Of a DNA stretch of 64,000 bases, positions 27,586 through 38,159 are shown piece by piece (the stretch's first letter is position 1; each line of letters starts with the position of its first letter). A program made the position numbers and the translations under genes. This DNA comes from Bacteroidales bacterium (GTDB lineage: Bacteria > Bacteroidota > Bacteroidia > Bacteroidales > JAUNSR01): positions 35,333 through 99,332 of the forward strand of contig JAVVQG010000016.1 of NCBI GenBank assembly GCA_036655355.1, given 5' to 3'. The notes beneath the pieces are model-generated. The model did not search any database. It saw only the letters and a program-made list of their open reading frames with translations, and had not been told where the DNA came from.

Positions 27586-30063
27586 ATGCTAAGAAAAATA
27601 CTTATTCTCTCCCTTTGGGGGAGCTGCTGCTATCAAGCCATCGCTCAACACACCGGAATCGTATTTGAAGATAAAAATCTGAATGGTATTCAGGATCCTT
27701 CTGAAAAAGGATTGGAGGGAGTACCGGTTTCAGATGGTCTTCATGTTGTAAAAACGGATAGTCGGGGCTATTTTCAGCTTCCCGGACATCAGCGGGAACG
27801 ATTTATCTTTGTGACTACACCGGATAACTACATGCCGGTTCAGAACCATTACCTCCCCATTGAAAAAGCGAAAGACTCCTATTCTTTCGGGTTAAAACGC
27901 TATCGTGCAACCGATAAAAGCGGTGCACACCGGTTCGTCCACATCTCCGATACGGAGATATTCAATACTCAAAATCACGAAGACTGGGTGAACGGTCTGA
28001 AGCAATATGCGAACAATGAGCAGATCGGTTTCATGATCTGTACCGGCGATATCTGTTATGAAAACGGATTGAAAAATCATATCAAATTGATGAACAGCGA
28101 TAACATGCATACCCGTATGGTGTATACGATCGGGAATCATGACTTGGTAAAAGGAAAATATGGCGAAGCGTTGTTCGAAAGTATTTATGGTCCGGTTTAT
28201 TACTCCTTTGATCTTGGAAACGTGCACTATGTGATTACCCCGATGTTGGGCGGAGATCATCGTCCGAATTATACCAAAGAGGATGTATATCGATGGTTGA
28301 AAAATGACTTGGCACAGGTGCCGGCAGAGAAAGCCGTTGTGTTTTTCAACCATGACCTGCTGACGAATTCCGATGCGTTCGTATATGGAATCAATGAAGA
28401 GGAAAAGATTGACCTGAACAGCCGGAATCTCAAGGCTTGGCTCTACGGACACTGGCATATACATTATATGAAGAAACAGGGGGAGGTGCTTGCCATATCC
28501 ACTGCAGCTCCGGACAAGGGAGGGATTGACCATTCAACCAGCGCATTCCGCGTCATGCATGTGGATAAGAAGGGGGATTGTCGCTCGGAACTACGTTATT
28601 CTTATCTGAATAATCAGATTGAGGTTCCTTCCGTTTGCAATGGAAAGGTTCCGGTTTTGAAAGATGGTTCGGTGCCGCTTTCTGTAAATGTGTATCACTC
28701 CTCTTCGCCTGTCAAGCGGGTTTCTTACACCTATCGTATCGCCGGTTCCGATAAGAAATACCGCGGCACTTTGCAGCAGCATACCGACTGGAACTGGAGT
28801 GATAACGTGAAGATTCCGGCGGGAGCGAACGGAAAGCGTGTTGATGTAATCGTTTCAGCGCTTCTGGGTACGGGAGAAGAGATCATCACGGAAAAACAAT
28901 TCGAATATCATGCTGCCGCAGTGTCGCAACCGCAACTTACCGAGAATTGGAATAATTTATTGGGGAATGCGGAACACATCGGCCTCGCAACGGCTTCCCT
29001 TGATTCGGTATTGCATCTTTCTTGGATTCGCAATGTCGGAGCGAACCTTTATATGAGTTCGCCATTGGTTGTTAACGGCAATGTGTTTGTAGCTTCTGTC
29101 GATGAAAATCTCGAAGGAAAAGGAGCCATCATATCCTTGGAGGGAACTACGGGTGCGATTCGTTGGAAATATCCGGTTCGCAATTCCATTAAAAACAGTA
29201 TGACTGCCAATAACGGAACGATTTATGCTCAGGATGCGGAGGGATACCTTTATGCTGTGGATGCGGCTTCAGGTTCTTTGGTGTGGGAACGTAAACTCGA
29301 TAACAATCCGCTACCGGCACTGATTGAAGGTATTGTTTCGGATCACGGCATCGTTTATGCCGGAACCGGAAAATCTTTGTGTGCCCTAGATGGTAAGAGC
29401 GGTGCGATCTTATGGCAAAATAAGGATTGGGGGCAACATGAGGGAAGTACGAATACGATCGCGGTTGGGAAAGATATCCTTGTAAACGGCACTCAATGGG
29501 GGGCGTTGTACGGGAATGATCCACAGAGCGGCAAAATGTTGTGGAAAAATTCTGCTCATGGCCTTAGTGATCGCGGAGCATCAGCAGCCATCCACGGAAA
29601 CCAGATCTATATCGTTTCGAGAAAATCCTTCTTTATTCTGGATGCACAGAACGGTAGGATATTGATCCGGAAAGAACTTCCCGTTCAGGTGGATGGCACT
29701 TCAACCCCTCTTCTGACAGATCGTGAGATTATTTTCGGCACCAGTGAATCGGGTGTGATGGCGCTTGACAACGAGACGTTGGAAGAGAAGTGGCATCTCC
29801 GGACCGACCCCGCATTGGTGTTTACCGCCCCTTACACCCGAAAACCGAATGCGACTTTTGAAACAAGTGCCGTATTAAGCGGATCGACCGTGTTTATCGG
29901 TTCCTCAAACGGCATATTGTACGGAATAAATAAATCAACCGGACAAATTACTTGGCAACATGCCACCGGAGCACCGATCTTCAGTACGGTAGCGGTGTCT
30001 GGCAATGCGTTGATTGCTACCGATTTTGCCGGTAATGTGTATGCTTTTTCAAATAAAAATTAA
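27586..30063 (+). CDS. secreted metallophosphoesterase fused to a PQQ-like beta-propeller
   Basis: 825 aa with a signal peptide. Calcineurin-like phosphoesterase motifs are HISDTE, CTGDICYENG, TIGNHDL, FFNHDLL and YGHWH. The C-terminal roughly 370 aa carry six or more repeats of the type G.IYA.D..G.LYA.DA.SG...W. Confidence 0.8.
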   Translation: MLRKILILSLWGSCCYQAIAQHTGIVFEDKNLNGIQDPSEKGLEGVPVSDGLHVVKTDSRGYFQLPGHQRERFIFVTTPDNYMPVQNHYLPIEKAKDSYSFGLKRYRATDKSGAHRFVHISDTEIFNTQNHEDWVNGLKQYANNEQIGFMICTGDICYENGLKNHIKLMNSDNMHTRMVYTIGNHDLVKGKYGEALFESIYGPVYYSFDLGNVHYVITPMLGGDHRPNYTKEDVYRWLKNDLAQVPAEKAVVFFNHDLLTNSDAFVYGINEEEKIDLNSRNLKAWLYGHWHIHYMKKQGEVLAISTAAPDKGGIDHSTSAFRVMHVDKKGDCRSELRYSYLNNQIEVPSVCNGKVPVLKDGSVPLSVNVYHSSSPVKRVSYTYRIAGSDKKYRGTLQQHTDWNWSDNVKIPAGANGKRVDVIVSALLGTGEEIITEKQFEYHAAAVSQPQLTENWNNLLGNAEHIGLATASLDSVLHLSWIRNVGANLYMSSPLVVNGNVFVASVDENLEGKGAIISLEGTTGAIRWKYPVRNSIKNSMTANNGTIYAQDAEGYLYAVDAASGSLVWERKLDNNPLPALIEGIVSDHGIVYAGTGKSLCALDGKSGAILWQNKDWGQHEGSTNTIAVGKDILVNGTQWGALYGNDPQSGKMLWKNSAHGLSDRGASAAIHGNQIYIVSRKSFFILDAQNGRILIRKELPVQVDGTSTPLLTDREIIFGTSESGVMALDNETLEEKWHLRTDPALVFTAPYTRKPNATFETSAVLSGSTVFIGSSNGILYGINKSTGQITWQHATGAPIFSTVAVSGNALIATDFAGNVYAFSNKN

Positions 30064-30074
30064 ATCATATACAC

Positions 30075-31541
30075 ATGAAAAGAACAATCTGCAGTTTTCT
30101 CCTTTGTTGGATTATTTCCTCTTGCATCGCCTCTTCTAAGGCCGACAATCCGGTCATCTTACCAGCTCCTACAAGTTTTAAGACAACGTCTGGAACATGC
30201 CATATCACAAAGTTGGATCGCATCCGGAGAGTGGAAGACAACTCGATACCGGAAGAGGGGTATGAATTGAAGGTGAACAAAAAAGGAGTTCAAATCACCT
30301 GTAGTGAAGATAAAGGGTATCGTTATGCCCTTCAGACACTCGGAATGGTAAAAGAGCAGTTTGAAGGAAAAAAGAGTTTGCCTTGCTTTGAAGTGAAAGA
30401 TCAACCCCGGTTGAAATGGCGAAGCTTTTTACTTGATTCGGGGAGGCAATATCAACAACCTCAAACGATTAAAAAACTGCTTGACCTGCTCTTCCTTCTG
30501 AAAATAAATAAATTTCATTGGCATCTGACTGAGGGTTTGGGATGGCGGCTCGAAATAAAGAAATATCCCGCGCTTACTCAAAAAGGTGCATTTGTTGGGC
30601 GTCAGGCCGAACAGCAGGGCTTTTATACGCAGGAAGAGGTGAAGGATCTGATTCGTTATGCAGCGGAACGAAACATTGAGATCGTACCCGAAATTGATAT
30701 GCCGGGACACTCGGAGGCAGCATTGGTGGCATATCCTCAACTCTCTTGTTTCGGCGATTCGGTGGTTGTACCGGAACAAGGTTTTACACAGCATATCTTT
30801 TGTGCCGGGAAAGATTCCGTACTCACCTTTCTGAAGGATGTGTTGGATGAAGTTTGTGAGCTTTTTCCCGCCGAATACATTCACCTAGGTGGTGATGAGG
30901 CTCCGAAAGGGAATTGGAATAAATGTTCCGATTGCCAACAACGTATTGCGGATCTAGGCTTAAAAGACAGTCATGATTTGCAACTCTGGTTTTCTGCGCA
31001 AATGGCGAGCTATTTAAAAGAGAAAGGAAAGAAAGTTATTTTCTGGGGAGATGTTCTGTATCGGGAGGGGACTACTTTACCCGATAATGTGACGATTCAC
31101 TGGTGGAATTGGCGCGGTCATAAAGATTTGGCATTAAAGAGGGCAACGGAGCTAGGGCATCCTGTCATTGCCGGAACAAATTATTGTACTTACCTGAACT
31201 TTCCCATCACTCCCTGGCGTGGTTATAAACAAGGGCGCACGTTTGATATCAGTGATATTTATGGTGATAATCCCTCCAACATAAAAGATAATCCCGTGAT
31301 TATGGGGATGAGTACAGCTTTGTGGACAGACGACGTTGTGAAAGAGTCAATGATCGATCAGCGCATATTACCCCGGATTTTCGCCCTTGCCCAACAGATG
31401 TGGAGTAAGGGGGAAGCGATATCTTTTGATGATTTTATGGATCAGATACGCATCCTACAGCCATTTTTCGAGTCGAAAGGGTATGAATTCGGACCGGCAT
31501 TACGTTCTGAAGTTCCCGCCGATTATTCTTGGGAGAAGTAA
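30075..31541 (+). CDS. beta-N-acetylhexosaminidase, glycoside hydrolase family 20
   Basis: 488 aa with a signal peptide. GH20 motifs are HWHLTEGLGWR, IDMPGHSEAAL and the catalytic pair in HLGGDE. It starts 11 bp after the previous gene. Confidence 0.88.
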   Translation: MKRTICSFLLCWIISSCIASSKADNPVILPAPTSFKTTSGTCHITKLDRIRRVEDNSIPEEGYELKVNKKGVQITCSEDKGYRYALQTLGMVKEQFEGKKSLPCFEVKDQPRLKWRSFLLDSGRQYQQPQTIKKLLDLLFLLKINKFHWHLTEGLGWRLEIKKYPALTQKGAFVGRQAEQQGFYTQEEVKDLIRYAAERNIEIVPEIDMPGHSEAALVAYPQLSCFGDSVVVPEQGFTQHIFCAGKDSVLTFLKDVLDEVCELFPAEYIHLGGDEAPKGNWNKCSDCQQRIADLGLKDSHDLQLWFSAQMASYLKEKGKKVIFWGDVLYREGTTLPDNVTIHWWNWRGHKDLALKRATELGHPVIAGTNYCTYLNFPITPWRGYKQGRTFDISDIYGDNPSNIKDNPVIMGMSTALWTDDVVKESMIDQRILPRIFALAQQMWSKGEAISFDDFMDQIRILQPFFESKGYEFGPALRSEVPADYSWEK

Positions 31542-31729
31542 TCTTTGCGAGATTTAGTTTCTATTTCCAGAACAAGTATGCTGATCTTGTCGCGTTATCT
31601 GGGAAGTATTAATATGAAGATGTTCGAAATATTAAATTGGGCAGAGGAACCGGAAATGAATTTGTAAGGGGCGAATAGGATGCAACATTGAATAAGGATA
31701 TATTTATTTAGTTTATATTTAATAATAAA

Positions 31730-31749
31730 ATATAAATGATCATTTATAT
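31730..31749. promoter_or_regulatory. perfect 20-bp palindrome overlapping a Bacteroides-type -7 box upstream of cas3
   Basis: ATATAAATGATCATTTATAT is its own reverse complement. TATCTTTG (31747-31754) fits the TAnnTTTG -7 consensus. The ATGATYC core recurs at 31761-31767 and 31785-31791. Confidence 0.45.
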
Positions 31750-31878
31750 CTTTGTGCAAATGATTCATCTATGTGGATATATAGATGATTCGAATGTCTT
31801 GGCCAATTTTTTATGTAAAAATATTTGTAACGGAGGAAAAAGCGGGAGTGTCATAAAACTCAATATATAATCAAGGAA

Positions 31879-34092
31879 ATGAAAGAATTTATAGCTCATA
31901 TACGCCATATAGAGCAAGATTTTGAATTACAGACGATCTGTGAGCATAGTTTGGGGACTGCAAAAATAGCAAAGGAATTTGCACGCGGGTTTGGTTCTGC
32001 AGAATGGGGAGAGTGGCTGGGAAGAGCTCACGATATGGGTAAATTTTCATCCTATTTTCAGCAATATATTCGTGTGAATTCGGGAATGGTAGAGGCTGAA
32101 AAGATGATGAGTAAAGAAGACCACTCATCTGCGGGTGCTATTTATGCCCTGAAATCTTTTCCTCACATTTATCCTCCTTTGAGTTATTGCATTGCGGGGC
32201 ATCACAGCGGACTTTTAGATTGGACTTCTTCCGGAGAAGCCAATATGGCTCACAGATTATCGAAACGGGATCTATTAGGAAAGATAGAGCAACAAAATAT
32301 AGATACGCTTGGATTGATACAAGATGAATCTTTGTTTTCCGCACCGGCTCTCAAAAATCCCAAGAAAGAATTTCATCTATGGATACGAATGCTTTTTTCT
32401 TGTTTGGTAGATGCAGATTATCTAGATACGGAGAACTTTATGAATCCCACACTAAGTGAAGCACGTGGGAACTATGATACATTGGCTGATTTAAAACAAC
32501 GTTTTGATCAATATATGTTTGATTTAGGGTCGAATGCTCCATTAACAACGATTAATCAGATACGTTCGGTTGTACTTCAACAATGCCTGTCAAATGGGAC
32601 AAAGATCCCCGGATTTTATAATCTCTCATTACCCACAGGAGGAGGAAAAACACTTTCTTCGATGGCCTGGGCGTTGGTTCATGCTATAAAATATAAGAAA
32701 AGCAGGATTATAGTAGCTATTCCATATACGAGCATTATTGCACAAACGGCAGAGATATTTCGCAAGATATTTGGGAAAGACAATGTTGTTGAACATCATT
32801 CGAATATCCAGAATGAAGAACAACTTAACTATTCAAACAAATTGTCGACTGAGAATTGGGATGCTCCAATTGTGGTCACGACTAATGTACAGTTATTTGA
32901 ATCTCTTTATGCTGCCAAACCTTCAAAATGTAGAAAGCTTCATAATCTGTGTAACTCGGTAGTAATATTAGATGAAGCTCAGATATTTCCTGTTGAATTT
33001 CTACAACCGGTATTGGATATATTACAAGGATTGAGATCAGACTTTAAAACAAGCATTTTATTTACAACGGCTACTCAACCAGTCTTTGATGTGAAAATAG
33101 GATCAGGAAAGGCTGAATTTCAAGGTCTTTCAGAACCAGTGCAGGAACTAATCTCAGAGGAAACCGATCTCTCTATTTTTCGTCGCGTTGAAATAGAATG
33201 GCCGAAAGGCAATGAGATTACAGAATATGAAGATTTGGTAACAAGTCTTATTGAGTTTGAACAGGTATTATGCATTGTCAATACGAGAAAAGAAGCGCAA
33301 GCCATCTTTAAAATAATGCCGGAGGGGACACTACACTTGTCGAGATTGATGTGTTCTGCTCATATTATGAAAACTATTACTGAAATAAAAAGACGATTAG
33401 CCGCAGGAGAGCCCGTCAGAGTGATTAGTACACAACTTATAGAAGCTGGAGTAGATATTGATTTTCCGGTAGTCTTTCGGGCATTTGCAGGCTTGGATTC
33501 AATAGTCCAAGCCGCTGGTCGATGTAATCGAGAAGGGAAATTAAATAAGATTGGCCAATTAGGAAAAGTCATTGTATTTAATACTCCCAATGGTGTACCG
33601 CAAGGATTGATGCGAAAAGGGGCGGACGCGTTGCGTGAAATGTTGGCAATTGATCCAAATGCCGATTTTTTATCCAAAGAAAAGATACAACAATATTTTA
33701 ATCTATATTATTCAAAGGCCAATACTTTCGATAAACCTTCTGTAAAGGATTTCTTATATAAAGATGTGGGGCAGATGAAATTTATGTTTGCATCTGTGGC
33801 TGATCAATTTCAATTAATCGATGATAAAGACTCGGTTACGGTATTGATTGGTTATGACTCGGGAACCGATTTGATTAAAGAATTTAAACAGAAAGGTCCG
33901 GAGAAAGGATTGATGCGTAAGTTGCAACAATATAGTGTTTCTCTGCATAAATATGATTTTGAAAAACTAAAAGAAGCCGGACAAGTTGCCTCCTTTTTTG
34001 GCTCATATATTTTAGAAGATCCGTCTGCATATGATTTAACCGGAGGTCTGAGCTTGGATAATCACTGGCTGAATGAACTATTGTATATATAA
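31879..34092 (+). CDS. cas3: CRISPR-associated helicase/nuclease Cas3 (HD domain plus DEAH helicase)
   Basis: 737 aa with N-terminal HD motifs (HSLGTA, AHDMGK, GHHSGL), helicase motif I PTGGGKT and motif II ILDEAQ. It is the first gene of a type I-C operon. Confidence 0.93.
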   Translation: MKEFIAHIRHIEQDFELQTICEHSLGTAKIAKEFARGFGSAEWGEWLGRAHDMGKFSSYFQQYIRVNSGMVEAEKMMSKEDHSSAGAIYALKSFPHIYPPLSYCIAGHHSGLLDWTSSGEANMAHRLSKRDLLGKIEQQNIDTLGLIQDESLFSAPALKNPKKEFHLWIRMLFSCLVDADYLDTENFMNPTLSEARGNYDTLADLKQRFDQYMFDLGSNAPLTTINQIRSVVLQQCLSNGTKIPGFYNLSLPTGGGKTLSSMAWALVHAIKYKKSRIIVAIPYTSIIAQTAEIFRKIFGKDNVVEHHSNIQNEEQLNYSNKLSTENWDAPIVVTTNVQLFESLYAAKPSKCRKLHNLCNSVVILDEAQIFPVEFLQPVLDILQGLRSDFKTSILFTTATQPVFDVKIGSGKAEFQGLSEPVQELISEETDLSIFRRVEIEWPKGNEITEYEDLVTSLIEFEQVLCIVNTRKEAQAIFKIMPEGTLHLSRLMCSAHIMKTITEIKRRLAAGEPVRVISTQLIEAGVDIDFPVVFRAFAGLDSIVQAAGRCNREGKLNKIGQLGKVIVFNTPNGVPQGLMRKGADALREMLAIDPNADFLSKEKIQQYFNLYYSKANTFDKPSVKDFLYKDVGQMKFMFASVADQFQLIDDKDSVTVLIGYDSGTDLIKEFKQKGPEKGLMRKLQQYSVSLHKYDFEKLKEAGQVASFFGSYILEDPSAYDLTGGLSLDNHWLNELLYI

Positions 34093-34115
34093 TTAACCAC
34101 TGAAAATAAATATCT

Positions 34116-34820
34116 ATGGAATATCACAACAAAGAGTTTTGTCTGGAAGTGTGGGGTGACTATGCTTGTTTTACCCGCCCGGAGATGAAGGTAGAGCGGG
34201 TAAGTTATGATGTGATGACGCCTTCGGCTGCTCGTTCTATTTTTGAAGCGATTTTCTGGAAACCTGCAATCAGATGGAAAGTCACTCGAATAGAAGTATT
34301 GAATCCGATTGAGTGGATCTCAATTCGGCGCAACGAAGTGGGTTCATTAATGAGCCCGCGGTCAGAACATCTTTTTATAGAAGATTTACGTCAGCAAAGA
34401 GCAGGATTGTTATTACGAGATGTACGCTATCGAATTTATGCCGAGCTTGAGTTTATTCCGTTCAGAGAGCGTAAAAGCTTAAAAAATAACAAGAGTAGTT
34501 GGGAAAATACAGAAGAGTCAGAACTTGAAAAGATGGATGAGAATCCTGGTAAATATAATGCGATGTTTGAACGCCGAGCCAAGAAAGGCCAATGTTTCAA
34601 TCAGCCTTATTTGGGATGTCGCGAGTTTTCTGCAAATTTCAGTCTTATAGAGAATCCGATTAAGAGTAATGGTATTGCCGAAACCCGAGATTTAGGATTT
34701 ATGCTTTATGATATGGATTTTTCAAATCCGGTAAATCCTCAAGCCATGTTTTTCAGAGCTAAATTGGAAAATGGTATAATTGAAGTGCCATCTAAAGAAA
34801 GTGAGGAGGTTCGGAAATGA
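34116..34820 (+). CDS. cas5: type I-C Cas5c (Cas5d) pre-crRNA endoribonuclease
   Basis: 234 aa. The N-terminus FCLEVWGDYACFTRPEMKVERVSYDVMTPSAARSIFEAIFWKP is characteristic of Cas5 subtype I-C. Confidence 0.9.
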   Translation: MEYHNKEFCLEVWGDYACFTRPEMKVERVSYDVMTPSAARSIFEAIFWKPAIRWKVTRIEVLNPIEWISIRRNEVGSLMSPRSEHLFIEDLRQQRAGLLLRDVRYRIYAELEFIPFRERKSLKNNKSSWENTEESELEKMDENPGKYNAMFERRAKKGQCFNQPYLGCREFSANFSLIENPIKSNGIAETRDLGFMLYDMDFSNPVNPQAMFFRAKLENGIIEVPSKESEEVRK

Positions 34821-36598
34821 TACTACAAGCATTGTATGAATATTATCAGCGGAAGGCAACTGACCCGGATAGTCAGATTGCTCCTCAAGGATTGGAATGG
34901 AAAGAGATTCCTTATCTGATTGTAATTGATAAAGAGGGCCGATTTCAAGGTTTAGAAGATACATCCGAGGGAATTGGAAAGGAAAGACGGGCTAAACGTT
35001 TCTTGGTAACGAAAGGGAAAGGACGATCCGGAAGTGCAAGTTGGAAAACTGCAAATGTATTATGGGATCATTTTGGTTATGTTGCTGCGCAGCCAAAAAT
35101 CAAAGATATTGATTTGAAAAAGGCAAAGGAGGATAGTGAAAAACAGAATAAAACATTTGTTGATCAATGTAAGGATATTTATAACAGATTTCCGACCAAT
35201 AATCAGATTGGGGCAGTTTGTCGATTTTATATTAACCCCGATAATCTGGTTGCCTTAAAGAATGATCAGTTATGGAAAGAGTGTATTAAAAAAGATGGCG
35301 TAAATCTGTCGTTTCGCTTGTTGGGCAAGTCTGGGATTGTAGCTGCTCAATCTGATTTATATGCATTGGCTCAAAAAAGTAATGTCGAAGATATAAATAC
35401 TCCTAGTCAACAAGGTATTTGTTTGATTACCGGCGAACGAAGCGATTTAGCAGTACTCACTACCGCTACGAATATTCCGGGAGGTAAGAGTGGTGCTAAA
35501 TTAGTCGGATTTCAGCGAAATTCAGGATATGATTCTTATTATAAAGAACAAGGACTAAATGCACCTATATCTAAAATAGCGGAAGATGCCTATACGACCG
35601 CCTTAAATGAATTATTAGGGAAAGATTCATTAAATAAATATAGATTGAACGATACTTCGGTCGTGTTTTGGGCACAAAAAAATACCAATTTTGAAAATGA
35701 TTTTTCTTTTTTCTTCTCTTCTCCCCCCAAGGATAATCCCGACAAAAATATTGAGGTGATTCGGAGTCTAATGAAAGGAGTCTATTCCGGGATTTTACAG
35801 GAAGAAGACAATACTCCTTTTTATATATTAGGGTTGGCTCCGAATGCGGCGCGTATTTCCGTACGATTTTGGAAAACAGGTACGGTAAAAGTATTTGCGG
35901 AGAATCTGAAACAGCATTTTATTGACTTAGCGATTATACATGATCTACATAATGAACGGGAGTATTTTTCTTTATTCAATTTATTGACACAGGTCGCTTT
36001 CCAATATAAGATGGATAATCTGCCTCCGAATTTGGTTGCAGATATGACACAAAGCATTTTGGATAATCGACCGTATCCCGCCACATTGCAAATACATTGT
36101 ATCACTCGTATTCGCGCTGATAGATCGATTAGTTATATTCGGGCTGCGATACTGAAATCTTATCTTAATCGTAAATATCGAAACAATCAATTTTTTAACC
36201 ATAAAGAAATTACCATGGCACTAGATTTAGAAAATAAAAATCAAGCTTATTTAAGTGGACGCCTTTTCGCGGTGCTCGAAAAGATTCAAGAATCAGCACT
36301 TCCTGGTATTAACGCCACAATCAAGGACCGATATTATGGGGCGGCTTCTACTACTCCTGTAACCGTTTTTAACCGCCTAATTAGTTTGAGTAATAATCAT
36401 TTAAGTAAAATAGGAGGCGGCAAAGCTGTATATTTCGAAAAACTTATTCAGGAAATCATGCAGGGCATTGATTCGAATGGCTTTCCAAAACACTTGTCTT
36501 TGGATGATCAAAGCCGATTTGCGATAGGTTATTATCATCAACGACAAGATTTATTTACGAAAAAAAATAACGATACAGATTCTAACGAAACTAAATAA
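34817..36598 (+). CDS. cas8c: type I-C large subunit Cas8c (Csd1)
   Basis: 593 aa with N-terminus [13 protein letters not shown] typical of Csd1. It sits between cas5c and cas7c, and its start overlaps the cas5 stop by 4 nt. Confidence 0.9.
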   Translation: MILQALYEYYQRKATDPDSQIAPQGLEWKEIPYLIVIDKEGRFQGLEDTSEGIGKERRAKRFLVTKGKGRSGSASWKTANVLWDHFGYVAAQPKIKDIDLKKAKEDSEKQNKTFVDQCKDIYNRFPTNNQIGAVCRFYINPDNLVALKNDQLWKECIKKDGVNLSFRLLGKSGIVAAQSDLYALAQKSNVEDINTPSQQGICLITGERSDLAVLTTATNIPGGKSGAKLVGFQRNSGYDSYYKEQGLNAPISKIAEDAYTTALNELLGKDSLNKYRLNDTSVVFWAQKNTNFENDFSFFFSSPPKDNPDKNIEVIRSLMKGVYSGILQEEDNTPFYILGLAPNAARISVRFWKTGTVKVFAENLKQHFIDLAIIHDLHNEREYFSLFNLLTQVAFQYKMDNLPPNLVADMTQSILDNRPYPATLQIHCITRIRADRSISYIRAAILKSYLNRKYRNNQFFNHKEITMALDLENKNQAYLSGRLFAVLEKIQESALPGINATIKDRYYGAASTTPVTVFNRLISLSNNHLSKIGGGKAVYFEKLIQEIMQGIDSNGFPKHLSLDDQSRFAIGYYHQRQDLFTKKNNDTDSNETK

Positions 36599-36606
36599 AA
36601 GAGATT

Positions 36607-37470
36607 ATGGAAAACGCAGTAAAAAACAGATACGACTTTTTATTATTATTTGATGTCAAAGATGGAAATCCAAATGGTGATCCGGATGCCGGTAACCTAC
36701 CGCGTGTGGATGCAGAAACAGGGCTGGGATTAGTAACGGATGTCTGTCTAAAAAGAAAAGTCAGAAATTATGTGCAATTGGTAAAGAATAACGAAAAACC
36801 GTTTGACATTTTTATCAAAGAAAAGGCAATCCTAAACCACCTTATTAATGAAGCTCATCTCGATGAGAATGTGAAATCAAAAGAAAAAGGAGCAAAGACC
36901 GAGGCTGCTCGTAACTGGATGTGTAAAAATTATTATGACATAAGAACATTTGGTGCTGTAATGTCTACCGGGGAAAATGCTGGTCAAGTCCGAGGACCAA
37001 TTCAGATCACCTTCGCTCGTTCTATTGATCCGATTGTTGCATCCGAGCACAGTATTACTCGAATGGCGGTTGCTACCGAAGCAGAAGCGGAAAAACAGAA
37101 AGGAGATAACCGAACAATGGGACGGAAGTATACAGTCCCATACGGATTATATAAGGCGCATGGCTTTATTTCTGCTAATCTTGCCTTGCAAACCGGATTT
37201 ACGGAAGAGGATTTACAATTATTTTGGGAAGCATTACAGAATATGTTTGAACATGATCGTTCGGCTGCTCGCGGGATGATGAGTACATGTAAACTTATTG
37301 TTTTCAAACATGATTCAGCATTGGGAAATGCCCATGCACAAAAATTGTTTGATTTAGTTAAGGTTGAAACTAAAGATAAATCTGTTCCCCCTCGCTCGTT
37401 TGAAGATTATAAGGTAACAATCAACAAAGATAATCTACCAACCGGCGTAGAGATTATTGAAATGGTATAA
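36607..37470 (+). CDS. cas7: type I-C Cas7c (Csd2) backbone subunit
   Basis: 287 aa. The N-terminus [28 protein letters not shown] is the hallmark of Csd2/Cas7 subtype I-C. Confidence 0.92.
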   Translation: MENAVKNRYDFLLLFDVKDGNPNGDPDAGNLPRVDAETGLGLVTDVCLKRKVRNYVQLVKNNEKPFDIFIKEKAILNHLINEAHLDENVKSKEKGAKTEAARNWMCKNYYDIRTFGAVMSTGENAGQVRGPIQITFARSIDPIVASEHSITRMAVATEAEAEKQKGDNRTMGRKYTVPYGLYKAHGFISANLALQTGFTEEDLQLFWEALQNMFEHDRSAARGMMSTCKLIVFKHDSALGNAHAQKLFDLVKVETKDKSVPPRSFEDYKVTINKDNLPTGVEIIEMV

Positions 37471-37484
37471 TTAATATTTATTCT

Positions 37485-38153
37485 ATGCCAGAATATAAAG
37501 AAGAAGATATGCTGATGCTTTCGGGCATTCAGCATATCGCTTTTTGTGAGAGACAATGGGCTTTGATTCATTTGGAGCAAGTATGGGCAGAAAATCATTT
37601 AACCGTAGAGGGCGATTGGTTACACCGGAATGTCGATGATTCTGACTTTATAGAATGTCGAAAAGAAACAATAAGTCTACATTCTGTTAATCTTGTATCT
37701 TGGCAATTGGGACTATATGGCATTTCAGATGTAATTGAATTAAAGCGAGCAAATACCCAAGAGAGTGCCGTAACCCATCCTTCTTATCCAGGTTATTGGC
37801 ATTATATTCCCATAGAATATAAGAGAGGTAAACCTAAAGCAGACAATAGAGATGAAGTACAACTCTGTGCACAAGCCATTTGTTTGGAAGAAATGTATAA
37901 TATAAATATCCCCTTGGGCTATTTGTATTATGGTGAAACCCGGCATAGAGTAGAGATTGACTTTAACGATGATTTAAGGAGTGCCGTAAAAGAATATGCA
38001 TTAAAAATGCATGAATTGTATCAGAAAAGATTAATACCTACGGCAAACTATAAAGCCTCTTGTAAATCGTGTTCATTATTTGATATTTGTATGCCAAAAA
38101 TATTTTCTAGAATTGAAAGTGCTAATTCTTATTTAACTCAACTAGATAATTGA
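37485..38153 (+). CDS. cas4: CRISPR-associated exonuclease Cas4
   Basis: 222 aa with the RecB-like motif IPIEYKRGKP and a C-terminal Cys cluster (CKSCSLFDIC) together with an N-terminal Cys. Confidence 0.9.
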   Translation: MPEYKEEDMLMLSGIQHIAFCERQWALIHLEQVWAENHLTVEGDWLHRNVDDSDFIECRKETISLHSVNLVSWQLGLYGISDVIELKRANTQESAVTHPSYPGYWHYIPIEYKRGKPKADNRDEVQLCAQAICLEEMYNINIPLGYLYYGETRHRVEIDFNDDLRSAVKEYALKMHELYQKRLIPTANYKASCKSCSLFDICMPKIFSRIESANSYLTQLDN

Positions 38154-38159
38154 TTAGTT

